DNA from: a virus
Virus record (IMG/VR): IMGVR_UViG_3300033149_003931
Coordinates: 1 to 64,000 of that record
Strand: one strand, 5' to 3'
Length of the DNA: 64,000 nt
Shown here: in pieces, positions 26,535-37,094 of the stretch
Position numbering within the stretch: the first letter of the stretch is position 1
Layout: each line of letters opens with the position of its first letter
Notes under the pieces: model-generated
Database searches by the model: none
Told to the model about the DNA's origin: nothing
The model's input: only the letters and a program-made list of their open reading frames with translations
Program-made: the position numbers and the translations under genes

Positions 26535-28862
26535 ATGGCACAGAAAAATTTACAAATTAATATTAGGGTTGGCTTGCAACAGGTACAGGCGGCTGTAGGA
26601 TCTTTAAGTCGAAGGTTCAATCTCTTAAGGTCTTCTTTACGTGCTGTTTTTCGTACCGGTGTAGTTGCGGGATTTTTTACAGCCCTTCGTAGTGGGATGA
26701 ATGTAATTAATAATCTTCAGAATATGATTAAATCTCTGGGGGCAGAATTTTTACAATTACGATTAAAGGCGACAGAAACCGCGGCCATTGTCACTAAGGG
26801 TGGTATGGGTTTTGCTGAGGCTTTTGCTGGGGCTTTAAGTATGTCCCGGGATTTGTCTACTCAAATCGGTTTTGCTGCTAAAGAGATTCAAGAGGGTATG
26901 GTAACGGCAGCAAGGTCTGGTTTACAATTGCAAGATTCTTTACGTGTTACGGATGCTGCCATGCAGTTAGCTACGTCGCATGGAGAGCAGTTTCAAACCA
27001 CGCTGAATAATTTAATTGGTGTTACTCGTGCTTTTGGTGTAGAGCTTTCTGAAATCCCGGTTTTTGCTGATGCGTTAACGACGGCTGTAACTGAATCAAA
27101 TGTGAGTCTTTCTGGGTTATTTGAAGGTTTGAAAAATGTGGCTTCAATCGCTGCTACGGCTTTTGGAGAAACCCGAGAGACTATTGTGGACACGACTGCC
27201 GCTTTAATGACCTTGAACGATGCAGGTATTCAGGGATCTAAAGCTGGTGTGCGTTTACGTGCTGCGTTTCAGAAACTTTTAGGTGGAACGGCGAAGACTA
27301 CTGCGGCTTTTACAAAATATGGGGTAAATTTATTTCAAGCGAGTGCGGAATCTCAAAGATTTTTACAGACTTTAACGAAGGGTCAGAGAGCCATGGCCGA
27401 CTCAGAAGAGGCTTTAAATCGTTTAAAAAATAAACAATTTGAACTAGCGATAGCTGGAAAAGAAAGTTCAGAGGAATTTACAAAAATACAGGGTGAAATT
27501 GAGGGTGTAACTGGAAAACTTTCGACATTAGAGGGTGGTTTGGATAATGTGTTTAGACAGTTTACTCTGGCTGGTGGTAAATTAAAACCTTTTTCAGATA
27601 TTTTGAGGGAGATTGGAGATAAGGCACCCCCTGAGGTTATTGGTCGGGCCTTTGGTATCCGTGGTGGAGAGGCTATTATGCGGTTGTTGAAGGATGTTAA
27701 TAAATTTGAAAAGTTTAAAACATCTATTGAGGGTTATGTTGAGGCTTCTCAAAGAGGTCAAAGTATTACTACGGATATGTATACCAGATTTTTAGATACA
27801 GTTTTAGTTGGGTGGATGAGGATCAGAAATACTGCTATGGCTATCTTAGGTGAAATTGCAGACGGGTTTTTTGGGGCGATTCAACCTTTAATTGGGCCGA
27901 TTCAAGGGGTGTTGGATGATCTCTTTAGGGGTATCAAAGATAATAGAGATTCTTTTAAGAAAATTTTTGAGGGGGTCATCGAGTTAGTTAAGCCCGCTAT
28001 GGGGTTTTTACAGGCTTGGGCACAACAGTTTGGGAATGTTATAACAGATGTGTTTACCCCGAATAAAACGGCTAAGATCCCATTCCTTAAAACACAAGAA
28101 GATGGTGGGTTAAGTTTGGGTACAGAGGAGGTTTCCGGATCTGTAGGAGATAAGGTAAGGGCACTTTTTAAATCGTTGGGTTCAGCGCTTGTTGAGCCTT
28201 TAGGGATGGCTTTACGAAGATTATCACCGGTATTTACTTTTTTAGCTCAAGTTTTTTCTGATGCTTTAGAGGCCGCTTTTAGGGCCAAGACAAAATTATG
28301 GGAAAGTATAGGGGTGTTAATTGCGGGGGCTATGGTTAAAGCTCTTGTTGTCGGTATAGCGAAAGAATTACCGTCTATTTTAAGAGGTGTTGGTGATTTA
28401 ATTCAAAACTTAGGATTACCTAAAAGTTTTACTATTGGTAAAGGGTTTAGTAAAATGGAAATACCATTACCAACTAAACAGGGTTTTGAGATGGCAGCAT
28501 CAACTTTAGAAGGTAGGGGAGGAGGGCCAAAAACCAAAAAAACTGAGTCTTCTTCGAATAATTTTGGGACGTTTTTAGATAAACTTTTAGGCGCAGGAAA
28601 GGGGGCCGAAGAAACAGGCAAAAAGGTTGAGCAGGTGGGTAAAGCTTTCATAGATTTTGGAAATGGCCTTCAAGAAGTAAATTTGACTGCGTTGAATAAG
28701 AGTGGTAGTGAAATGTCGGAAATATTTACTGATGTTCAAAAAAGTTCTGAAAATTTTTTAAGGGCTACTGAAGCCAGTAATTCAAAAGCGGAAAAGGCTT
28801 TAGCGAATTCTGAAAGGGCATTAAGACGCGTTTTTCAAATGAATTCGAAAGGAAAGAAATAA
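26535..28862 (+). CDS. Tail tape measure protein (TP901 family core)
   Basis: Ala/Gly-rich helical; T.AAL..L.DAGI.GS.AG..LR, AFG.RG. Confidence 0.92.
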   Translation: MAQKNLQINIRVGLQQVQAAVGSLSRRFNLLRSSLRAVFRTGVVAGFFTALRSGMNVINNLQNMIKSLGAEFLQLRLKATETAAIVTKGGMGFAEAFAGALSMSRDLSTQIGFAAKEIQEGMVTAARSGLQLQDSLRVTDAAMQLATSHGEQFQTTLNNLIGVTRAFGVELSEIPVFADALTTAVTESNVSLSGLFEGLKNVASIAATAFGETRETIVDTTAALMTLNDAGIQGSKAGVRLRAAFQKLLGGTAKTTAAFTKYGVNLFQASAESQRFLQTLTKGQRAMADSEEALNRLKNKQFELAIAGKESSEEFTKIQGEIEGVTGKLSTLEGGLDNVFRQFTLAGGKLKPFSDILREIGDKAPPEVIGRAFGIRGGEAIMRLLKDVNKFEKFKTSIEGYVEASQRGQSITTDMYTRFLDTVLVGWMRIRNTAMAILGEIADGFFGAIQPLIGPIQGVLDDLFRGIKDNRDSFKKIFEGVIELVKPAMGFLQAWAQQFGNVITDVFTPNKTAKIPFLKTQEDGGLSLGTEEVSGSVGDKVRALFKSLGSALVEPLGMALRRLSPVFTFLAQVFSDALEAAFRAKTKLWESIGVLIAGAMVKALVVGIAKELPSILRGVGDLIQNLGLPKSFTIGKGFSKMEIPLPTKQGFEMAASTLEGRGGGPKTKKTESSSNNFGTFLDKLLGAGKGAEETGKKVEQVGKAFIDFGNGLQEVNLTALNKSGSEMSEIFTDVQKSSENFLRATEASNSKAEKALANSERALRRVFQMNSKGKK

Positions 28863-29248
28863 TGGGAGTTAACGCCCCAAAAAGGGTTTTATGGAAATCT
28901 ATAGCACTTGGTGATTATGCCTTTGTTACTTTTGAGTATCAAGGAAATAATGAAGTAAGGATTATTCCGGAAGCAAAAGGCGTAAAAATCCGAGGCACAG
29001 ATGAGCTTGGTGGGGGCTTCTTAACAGTTAATGTTCAGGTATTACTCGCTAAAGACAGTCGGTTTGCTTTGGAACAATATTTTAATAATATGGATTCTAT
29101 TTTCTCACTTACCGTAAAGGGGGATTTAGCTATTTCGGATGAAAATGGGTCAATGACTTTGACTGATTGTTATTTAGATAGTTTTAGTCAGGGCGGAGAC
29201 GACCTAAAAGTGACAATGTTTAGTTTAAGATTTATAAAAAGTCTATAA
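28862..29248 (+). CDS. Distal tail (Dit-like) protein
   Basis: Small beta-rich ORF coupled to tape measure. Confidence 0.5.
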   Translation: MGVNAPKRVLWKSIALGDYAFVTFEYQGNNEVRIIPEAKGVKIRGTDELGGGFLTVNVQVLLAKDSRFALEQYFNNMDSIFSLTVKGDLAISDENGSMTLTDCYLDSFSQGGDDLKVTMFSLRFIKSL

Positions 29249-29263
29249 GATTGAGGTTATACT

Positions 29264-32119
29264 ATGGCTGGAATCAATAGTAATGTCGTCTTTATGTCCC
29301 ATTTTGATGGCCTTGATGGTTCTCAAACTATTATAGACGAAATAGGAAATGTCATTACCGCTAACGGTAATGCTCAAATAGATACTTCTGATTCTGTATT
29401 CGGTGGAGCCTCAGTATTATTTGATAATAATTCTGCTTCTAGGCTTACTATTCCGAATTCTCCTTCATTTAATCTTGGTTCACAAGATTTCAGGTTTGAT
29501 TTCCGAATTCAATATGTTGCAGTAGGTGGTACGCAGGCTATCTGGACACAATGGGGTGGCGGTGGATCAAACGGCTCATTCTATATTGTAACGCTTGGTG
29601 GAAATTTACGATTTTTTTATTCGCCAAATGGCTCTTCTGAAGTAGCAATATCTAGCACATATACTTTTGCTGATAGTAATTTTCATCATGTAGAGGTATC
29701 AAGAACCGGTAATACTCTTTATTTCTTTGTTGATGGGGTTGCTTATGGTACAGGAAATCTGACCGGGGTAACTATTAATAATTCTACAAGACCCCTGAAT
29801 ATTTCAACTTATGCAGATGGGGCCGGACAGCCTCTTAATGCTAGGGTTGACGAGGCTAGAATGTCGGTAGGAGAGGGCGGGCATACTTCACCATTTACAC
29901 CGCCGACTGAGCCTTATGATTTTGACAGACTTTTTCCCTCATTAGAGTGGTCGGCAACAGGAGATATTCAGTTAACTCCGGCGTTACAGTGGGAAGCTTC
30001 TCTCTTAGGTGAACTAACTCCGCAAGTTTCTTGGAATACTGAAATGGAACATAAGTTTGTTCCTAATGTGGTTAATTATCCATTTTATTTTGACCAACCC
30101 ACTGTTAAGAGTAGTTCAGTCCCGATGACCATATCCGGGTGTTTTGTGGGTTATTCTGTTTATTTAAAAAATACGGGGTCTAGTGGAACTACTGAAATTG
30201 AGATTTATGTGGACGGCCTTTTAAAGGATACTATAAGTATTGTTGCTTCGGGAGTCGTGCATAATGAAGTAAGATATTTTGATTTAGATCAAATGTTAAA
30301 TCCTCAGGGTATTTTTAAAGTAAAAGTAATTTCTGCGGCAGTAGCCTCGGATGATTTAAAAGTTAATATGTATTTGATGACATTTCCCTTTGAAATGGAT
30401 GTCTTATTTTATTCTAATATTTCCGACTCGGTAAATTTTACAGGTTTAAATAAAGAGTATTTATTCCAGTCAACAGACAATTGGTTGATCGATTTTAATC
30501 AACCCATATTAACGGTAGCTAGTGTGACCATCGAGGATGAAAATGGAGATGTTACTGACGTGCCCTATTCTGTTTTAGATGGAACCTTCTTTAATAGCAG
30601 GATTCAGTTAGCGGCCTATACTCAGGCTTTGCCTAAGAGTATTAAAATTAAAGTCCAAGATTATAATGAGAGGTATCAAATATTTGAATTAACTCCGACG
30701 ATAGCTCCGACTCTTGGGGAATATCCACCTTATGTGACAAGTATGACAAAAGAATTTGAGTTATTTATTGCTGCAACCGCTTTTCGATATAGTTTTGATG
30801 TAGGAAGTACATGGTCTAGTTGGGAGGCTGTGTCTAGTAGTAATACTGCTACCATAGATTTTAGTAGTCTCTCAAATGGAGAGAAGACTGTTAAGATACA
30901 ATACCAAATCGGATCTGATATGTTAGAGGGGGATTTTTCTCTTTATTATGTAATCGGAGATATTGATGTATCAATTTTATGGATTGGTGATTATGCGTTA
31001 GTCACGTATGCAGACACCGTGCCTTTAGATAGGATAGAGGTTTATTATGATGGTGCCTTGTCAGATACTTTATCTATCCCGGTTATTAATGGTTTTGATA
31101 CGTTTTCTTTAGACGTGGGTAATACTGAACTGGATATTGGTGTGGGTAGTGTATATTGGAATTCTGTTAAGTATGATTATGATGGATCTTCATGGTCTCT
31201 TGCGAGTTTGGATTTTGCGAGTTATGCTTATGCTATGCAATATCAAGCTGTTTTTGGTTTCGATACTGTAGAAAATAAATTTGATGTAAAAATTATTATA
31301 GATGAAAACCCGTCAAACGGTAATTTTGAAGAAAGATTTCCTTCGTTTGTAAGAATTTGGGCTTTAGATTTTCTAATTAATACGCAGGGCCTTGATTTTA
31401 GTCCCTATACTGTTCAGATAAGTAGTACACCGAAAAAGGTTTTTGAAGATGGAAGGGTTCAGGTTACTTTGGATGCTAGTAAAGAAATTATAATTAAATT
31501 GATTGATGTTTCTGGAAGAACATTAAGTTTTACACAAGAATTTTATAAAACTAAATATAATATTTGGCGGACAATTGTTATAACTAAGGAGAGTATTATT
31601 GGCAGCAGCTCTAATGGGTTACAATTGCCGCGATTAGCCATTGATGATTCGGATAGTTTTTGGACATCAAGTTTGAGTGAAGTTTTACCCGCATGGTTAC
31701 GTTATGAGTTTGGTTTAGAGACTAAACAAATAATTACTGAAGTTTCGATTAAACCAAATTTTTTTGGTGATGTGAATGGTGTACCAAAAGATTTTAAAAT
31801 TCAAGGAACTGATGATGGGGAGATTTGGGATGATTTATTAACCGTAGCTGGGGAGTCTTGGGTAGACGAAAACCCAAAGATTTATTCATTTTCAAACTCT
31901 GTAGCTTACGCTTTTTATAGACTTTATGTTACCGATACTTTTGGTGGTAGTTATGTTCAAATCAAGGAGTGGGAATTACGAGAAACTATCGGTGGGCCTG
32001 ATTTAGCATCATTTTTTGAGGTAGAAATATTTCCGGGTGAAATTCATCAAAGTAGCGATATAAAAATTGCTCTTGAAACAGAGGATTGGGGAGATGAACC
32101 CGATGGCCCAACAGAATAA
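29264..32119 (+). CDS. Large tail protein with N-terminal LamG and C-terminal F5/8 discoidin carbohydrate-binding domains
   Basis: HFDG.DGSQT..D...HHVEVSR.G.TL..FVDG; WLRYEF...PKDFKIQG.DDG..W..L...Y..YRLYV. Confidence 0.8.
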   Translation: MAGINSNVVFMSHFDGLDGSQTIIDEIGNVITANGNAQIDTSDSVFGGASVLFDNNSASRLTIPNSPSFNLGSQDFRFDFRIQYVAVGGTQAIWTQWGGGGSNGSFYIVTLGGNLRFFYSPNGSSEVAISSTYTFADSNFHHVEVSRTGNTLYFFVDGVAYGTGNLTGVTINNSTRPLNISTYADGAGQPLNARVDEARMSVGEGGHTSPFTPPTEPYDFDRLFPSLEWSATGDIQLTPALQWEASLLGELTPQVSWNTEMEHKFVPNVVNYPFYFDQPTVKSSSVPMTISGCFVGYSVYLKNTGSSGTTEIEIYVDGLLKDTISIVASGVVHNEVRYFDLDQMLNPQGIFKVKVISAAVASDDLKVNMYLMTFPFEMDVLFYSNISDSVNFTGLNKEYLFQSTDNWLIDFNQPILTVASVTIEDENGDVTDVPYSVLDGTFFNSRIQLAAYTQALPKSIKIKVQDYNERYQIFELTPTIAPTLGEYPPYVTSMTKEFELFIAATAFRYSFDVGSTWSSWEAVSSSNTATIDFSSLSNGEKTVKIQYQIGSDMLEGDFSLYYVIGDIDVSILWIGDYALVTYADTVPLDRIEVYYDGALSDTLSIPVINGFDTFSLDVGNTELDIGVGSVYWNSVKYDYDGSSWSLASLDFASYAYAMQYQAVFGFDTVENKFDVKIIIDENPSNGNFEERFPSFVRIWALDFLINTQGLDFSPYTVQISSTPKKVFEDGRVQVTLDASKEIIIKLIDVSGRTLSFTQEFYKTKYNIWRTIVITKESIIGSSSNGLQLPRLAIDDSDSFWTSSLSEVLPAWLRYEFGLETKQIITEVSIKPNFFGDVNGVPKDFKIQGTDDGEIWDDLLTVAGESWVDENPKIYSFSNSVAYAFYRLYVTDTFGGSYVQIKEWELRETIGGPDLASFFEVEIFPGEIHQSSDIKIALETEDWGDEPDGPTE

Positions 32120-32131
32120 TGGAGGTTGTTA

Positions 32132-34636
32132 ATGGCTATTACAAGTATTCTATTAGATGAAAATTCTGGATTTGTCGTAGAGGTTCCTGTAATTGTTCCG
32201 CTTAAATGGAGAACAAAGAGTATATCTACTGTTTTTTTGAAAGATCCACAAGATATTCGATCGAATAGTTACGCTGGTATGGCTCCCGGAACTACGGTGA
32301 GTTATAGCGGCTGGAATAGTGGGGGAGACACGGCGGTAAGTAGGGCTGTATGTAAGTGGCAGAATGGTTCAGGCTTCTTTTTTAGACGATCTATTGCTGT
32401 TATTTACAAACCGGGCGCTATGGTACCCCCCTATATCCATGTGTCTGCTCAGACGGCGATTCAAATTGAAGACGCAACACCTGAGATTGATTGGGAGGCT
32501 GTTATGGCAACCCTCAGATCTTCTTATGATCCGGCATCATATACAATTGGAGCAGTTAGGTTGTGTGATTCTTTGGGCGGTAATTGTGAAGATTTAGTAA
32601 AAGCTGGTCAAATGGATTTGAATGATTTAAATCAATATTATAAAGATACCGGTCATGCCGGTGAAGAGGCAAATGCCTCTTTATGGAGTTTTGTGACTGA
32701 GAGCTCATCAAGTCCAATAACTAAACCTTATGGGCCCGGAGACGCGGATGTCAAGTTTAATTATATGGATGAATTTACTGTTCGGGGGGTTAGTGATGAT
32801 GATGCAGGAAATAATTTTAATGATACTGCTCAAAGTTTACCAACGAATTCATGTGTTACGAATAGTCGTAGTATGCCCATGTATGCTAAGTTTTGGGTAA
32901 AGATGACTGTGATTGGAGGCGGGGCCTATCCCCCAGAAGCTACTGTTAATACTGAAGAAGAGCAAAAAGATCCGGAAGATTGGGGTAGTCTTAGCAGCGG
33001 AACTTCAGGTTTTACTGGAAAGGGTTCTGAAGATGAGGGTATGAATACGATGTATTCAACTTATGGTAATTCCAGACTACCTTTTGATTCCGTTTATTTA
33101 ACCGGAGCAAATTATAATAGTTTTGTTTCTGCGGGAGGCGGTGTGGTTGCAGAATCCGGAGCGTTTTCTATTTCTGATACGCTCTATATTGAGAAAATAA
33201 GGCTGGATATTGAGGGCAGCACCATGACGATAGTTGAAGTTGTGGATTACGATGCAACACCCTCTCTGAATTTAAGTGAAAAGATTTATGGATATATTTT
33301 TAATGAATTTAATCAGAGTAAGCCCACATTTTCTGGGTTTGTAATTAGCCGTAGAAGGCGTTTAAATTCAGGAACCAAAGAAATCGTTTATGAGTGTAGA
33401 GATTTAACTTATTTTTTAGATCAGTTATATAGTCCCTCTCATTATATCTATCGACCGCCATCAATTCATGGTCGAGGATCTTTTAAAACTTATGACAGGG
33501 TATTAAAAGAGATTTTGGGTGTGGCAGGACTGCCAGATTCTATTGTTGATTTACCCCTCTATACGGCCCCGCCCACGAGTTGGGTTTATCAGGATTTAAG
33601 GAGTGTGTTGGAGTGGGTGGTGAAATTTTTTGGTAAATACATGTATTATATTGACAGATATGGAAGGTTAAATGTTCGGGCCACGGATTCATTAACGAAT
33701 GTTAAAACATATACCATTGGTGATAAGTCGGGGGAAATTTCTATAGAGAGTTTTGAACCTATGACAGATTTTTCTAGGTCTCGTAGTAGGGTTATTTTAA
33801 CTGGTGACTTTGCAATTACAGAACGTGAAGCTGTAGCTAATTATCTTTTAGGCGGACAATTACATCCAGAAGATAATGTGAATCAGACAGGTATTTTTTG
33901 GTTTCAGCAAACGATAGAAGGAAAAACTTATAAGTTTTATTATTTTATGTTGAAGCCCGGACAAACTTTAAACGATAAGTTATTATCAGATCCGGCGAAA
34001 TCCGCGGATGTCGTTTTATTAAAACAGGCAAATTCACCCACAAGTCCTAATTCGAATTGGATTGATGATCCTAAAGAATTAAATATTCGAGTTTTTAAAA
34101 CACACCCGGGAGATAGTGAAATTTATGTTGAAGACCCTATTTTAAATTATAAAAATTATCAATTAATTAGAATACGATATGCAACACGGACAGATTCACC
34201 AATTCAAGTTAGCGTAGATACGGGATTAGCTGGTGGAACGGAGGTTGTTCGTAGACCAGAGTTTAAAAAGGCTGTTGGCCCACAAGGATCCGTAGATGAT
34301 ACAGCTTTGATGGCCCAATATCTAGCTAAAATTAAGGATTTTTTTACCCCGGTTTATGGCGGGCAATTAGTCCTTGATGGTTTAGATACGCAAATTTATT
34401 TGTTAGCAAAGGTCTCAATTGCGGGATCGGATTTATCCTCGACGGAGACTGATGATTTAATTTGTTATTCTATTGAGTATAATATACCAGCTAAGAGAAC
34501 ATCGGTAGAATTGTCGAATAAAGTTTATGAGGATCTACCTTTCTTTGATGTTATGCGGGAGCGTTCAAGAGAGCATAATGAAATGTTAGCAAAGATGGGC
34601 ATTGTGGAAGAATTGGAACTTTACCAAAGAGCTTAA
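32132..34636 (+). CDS. Tail tip / baseplate hub protein
   Basis: FSGFV........I.YECRD...L, YYID..GRL.V, SIEY.......VELSN: hub-like pattern. Confidence 0.65.
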   Translation: MAITSILLDENSGFVVEVPVIVPLKWRTKSISTVFLKDPQDIRSNSYAGMAPGTTVSYSGWNSGGDTAVSRAVCKWQNGSGFFFRRSIAVIYKPGAMVPPYIHVSAQTAIQIEDATPEIDWEAVMATLRSSYDPASYTIGAVRLCDSLGGNCEDLVKAGQMDLNDLNQYYKDTGHAGEEANASLWSFVTESSSSPITKPYGPGDADVKFNYMDEFTVRGVSDDDAGNNFNDTAQSLPTNSCVTNSRSMPMYAKFWVKMTVIGGGAYPPEATVNTEEEQKDPEDWGSLSSGTSGFTGKGSEDEGMNTMYSTYGNSRLPFDSVYLTGANYNSFVSAGGGVVAESGAFSISDTLYIEKIRLDIEGSTMTIVEVVDYDATPSLNLSEKIYGYIFNEFNQSKPTFSGFVISRRRRLNSGTKEIVYECRDLTYFLDQLYSPSHYIYRPPSIHGRGSFKTYDRVLKEILGVAGLPDSIVDLPLYTAPPTSWVYQDLRSVLEWVVKFFGKYMYYIDRYGRLNVRATDSLTNVKTYTIGDKSGEISIESFEPMTDFSRSRSRVILTGDFAITEREAVANYLLGGQLHPEDNVNQTGIFWFQQTIEGKTYKFYYFMLKPGQTLNDKLLSDPAKSADVVLLKQANSPTSPNSNWIDDPKELNIRVFKTHPGDSEIYVEDPILNYKNYQLIRIRYATRTDSPIQVSVDTGLAGGTEVVRRPEFKKAVGPQGSVDDTALMAQYLAKIKDFFTPVYGGQLVLDGLDTQIYLLAKVSIAGSDLSSTETDDLICYSIEYNIPAKRTSVELSNKVYEDLPFFDVMRERSREHNEMLAKMGIVEELELYQRA

Positions 34637-34639
34637 ATT

Positions 34640-35197
34640 ATGAAATCAAAACATGCGACTATAACTATTTCGGATAGTGTTTGGACGGAGTTAGAGGAGA
34701 CTTTTGATGTTCTATTTTGGGCGGTCTATGCTGATGTAGCTATTTATGTTCAGGAATATGGTATAGCTGGTTGGAATACAAGTATTTCTGTTTCGGCAGA
34801 GGCCTCATATTCGGTAAATACTTCGGTTAAGAAAATACGGGTAAAATCTCAGTCCGGAAATGCGGATGTAAATTATAGTTTATTGGGTTTTATCACTTTT
34901 CGGCTCGGTGGAAAGGAACCGACAATACAACCAGTAAGCATAAAAACAAATGATTATACCCTTACAGAATTAGATTATAGTCTTGTAATTGATGCAACAA
35001 GTAATCCTGTAACAATTACACTTCCATTAAATCCAAAGATAGGCCAAGTATATAATCTTGCTTGTTTAAATAGTGATAATGCTGTGGAGATTAATTTTAA
35101 TGGAAAAAACTTTTATGATAGTTCTTCAAATGGGATTCTTTTTAAGGGTGAAAATTTAACGATTCAATATGATGGAACACAATATATAGGAGCATAA
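34640..35197 (+). CDS. Tail fibre-associated protein
   Basis: T.DYTLT..DY...IDAT....TITLP....G..Y, L..GE.LT...DGT motif. Confidence 0.6.
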   Translation: MKSKHATITISDSVWTELEETFDVLFWAVYADVAIYVQEYGIAGWNTSISVSAEASYSVNTSVKKIRVKSQSGNADVNYSLLGFITFRLGGKEPTIQPVSIKTNDYTLTELDYSLVIDATSNPVTITLPLNPKIGQVYNLACLNSDNAVEINFNGKNFYDSSSNGILFKGENLTIQYDGTQYIGA

Positions 35198-35198
35198 A

Positions 35199-35984
35199 AT
35201 GAGTTTATTTGGTGTAATACGAGATGCTTTAACTGGAATTACTGCAAGTGTTGAAAGCGAGGGTAATTTAGCTGTAATCGCTAAAAATCAGCATTGGCCA
35301 ATTATTGATTTATTTATGCACAAACATCAATTAACTATAACAATTGATGGTACAACTTCTATCGGTGATAAGATAGTTACTCTTGTTGCTGGACATGGTG
35401 TTATTAATGGAAATTGGGTGGGTTTTGAACAGGCCGGAAACTTTTATGAAGGTGTTGTAATTAATGTATCAGTAAATGATATTGAACTTGATTCCCCTTT
35501 AGATTATGCTTTTGATAGTAATGCTGTAGCCTATATACATTCTAGGGATATGAATATTGATGGTTCTACTACAACACAAATATTTCATATTCATCCACCA
35601 ACGGGGCAGAAATGGGATATTACTGGATTAACTTTTACTTTAGAGGATAATGTAATTATGGATTCTTCTAAATTTGGCGGAATTACAGCCTTAACTGAGG
35701 GGGTTGTATTACGGGTAGAAAATAGTACAATTAAAAATATTTTTAATGTTAAAACAAATGGGGGTTTTTCCGCAAGATCATGTTTTTCAGAATATGATGC
35801 CAAAGCCCCCGCAGGTGTATATGGTTTTCGTATATGTACTGTTTTTGCGGGGCAGGAAAATCGGGGTGTAACTATTCGTTTAAACGGAGATGTTGATGAT
35901 GAATTACAACTACTTATTCAAGATGATTTATCAGCTTTAAGTAGATTTACCTGTATTGCTCATGGGCATATAGTAATTGAATAA
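35199..35984 (+). CDS. Putative virion protein
   Basis: M..DGS.T..IF, FGGI.ALT.GV, L...IQDDLS.L..F...AHG family pattern. Confidence 0.55.
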   Translation: MSLFGVIRDALTGITASVESEGNLAVIAKNQHWPIIDLFMHKHQLTITIDGTTSIGDKIVTLVAGHGVINGNWVGFEQAGNFYEGVVINVSVNDIELDSPLDYAFDSNAVAYIHSRDMNIDGSTTTQIFHIHPPTGQKWDITGLTFTLEDNVIMDSSKFGGITALTEGVVLRVENSTIKNIFNVKTNGGFSARSCFSEYDAKAPAGVYGFRICTVFAGQENRGVTIRLNGDVDDELQLLIQDDLSALSRFTCIAHGHIVIE

Positions 35985-35994
35985 ACCGGTATAA

Positions 35995-36351
35995 ATGGAC
36001 GGAGTACTTATGATTAAATGTAGAAATTGTGGTTTTGAATTTGATGATTTAAAACAATCTGAGGTTGTTATGGGTGGAGTAAAATGCCCTAAATGTAATG
36101 CTATTGTGGATCAAGAGGGGAATGTTTTTAAAAAGGCTGGGGTTAATTTTTTCTCCCATTTGGTTAAAATTAGAAAACCTTATTTAGATACAAGAGGTAC
36201 ATATACGTGTGAGTGTATTGATTGTGCCTATGTTAAGGAGTCTAAAAAGCACTGTAAAGATATTAAATGTCCCAAGTGTGGGGGTGAAATGCGAAGAAAA
36301 AATCGTCCGGGTTCGGGAAAGAAGGCTGAGGGAATTGAAAGCGGAAGCTAA
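35995..36351 (+). CDS. Multi-CxxC zinc-finger protein
   Basis: CRNC, CPKC, CIDC, HC...CPKCGG.MRR..RPG.G. Confidence 0.7.
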   Translation: MDGVLMIKCRNCGFEFDDLKQSEVVMGGVKCPKCNAIVDQEGNVFKKAGVNFFSHLVKIRKPYLDTRGTYTCECIDCAYVKESKKHCKDIKCPKCGGEMRRKNRPGSGKKAEGIESGS

Positions 36352-36507
36352 AGAACGGAGTTAGCGAGATATTCTCTACAAGGTAGAGTTGTTGGCATTT
36401 CTTGGGATTGTTGGCCCAAAAATAACAGTCCTTGAATTTACAAAGGAGGGTTTATGTTTTTAAAAGGAGGTACGTCATGATGTAGAAACCGAAAGGAGGT
36501 ATACGTC

Positions 36508-36678
36508 ATGGCTAAAGCCCAAAAATGTAAAAGCGGGAATAAAGCCAAAGGTCGTCAGTCTGATCGCCATAAGATCGAGTATGAACGTCAAAGAATTCGT
36601 ACCGAAGCCAACAAGCGTAAAAGACGCCGAAGACATTTGGAAAAACACCTGAATGATTTGCAAGCTCAAAATGTATAA
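36508..36678 (+). CDS. Small highly basic protein (56 aa)
   Basis: Perfect AAAGGAGGT SD; MAKAQKCKSG...NKRKRRRRHLEKHLNDLQA; not in ORF track. Confidence 0.75.
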   Translation: MAKAQKCKSGNKAKGRQSDRHKIEYERQRIRTEANKRKRRRRHLEKHLNDLQAQNV

Positions 36679-36751
36679 AATGGGGTGGGGATTCCCGCCC
36701 GTCCGGAGGGTCTGAAATACGGCTTGACTGTGTGGTAGGACTAACTCCGTT

Positions 36752-36778
36752 TAGGGGCACCTTTCGGGGTGTCCCTTA
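36752..36778 (+). terminator. Stable UUCG-tetraloop hairpin at the end of the late block
   Basis: AGGGGCACCT-TTCG-GGGTGTCCCTT. Confidence 0.65.
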
Positions 36779-37094
36779 TGACTGAACCCTGAATGTTCAC
36801 TAAAAGGTAAACATTAGGTTCTGAGTATACATTATGATACCCGCCCGGGGCCATCCGGCCCACCTTCAATATTATAATTATTTATTATTAATACTATACA
36901 GCCTGCCTGATCGGGTATAAAATATCAAAATTGATGCGTTAAGGCCCGATTTCCCGATTAATACAGCATAAAAGCGATATTAACCAACCTCGACCCGGCC
37001 AAAGGCCGCCCCTCGGTTGAGAGTAAACCATTAAAATCTATCAATATTATGGAAATTAATACATAATCAGTCTTAGCCGCTTTTTAAAATAAGT

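Noticed and set aside
36475-36760. Minus-strand ORFs 36475-36669 and 36512-36760
   Set aside because: Antisense to the SD-led basic peptide at 36508-36678
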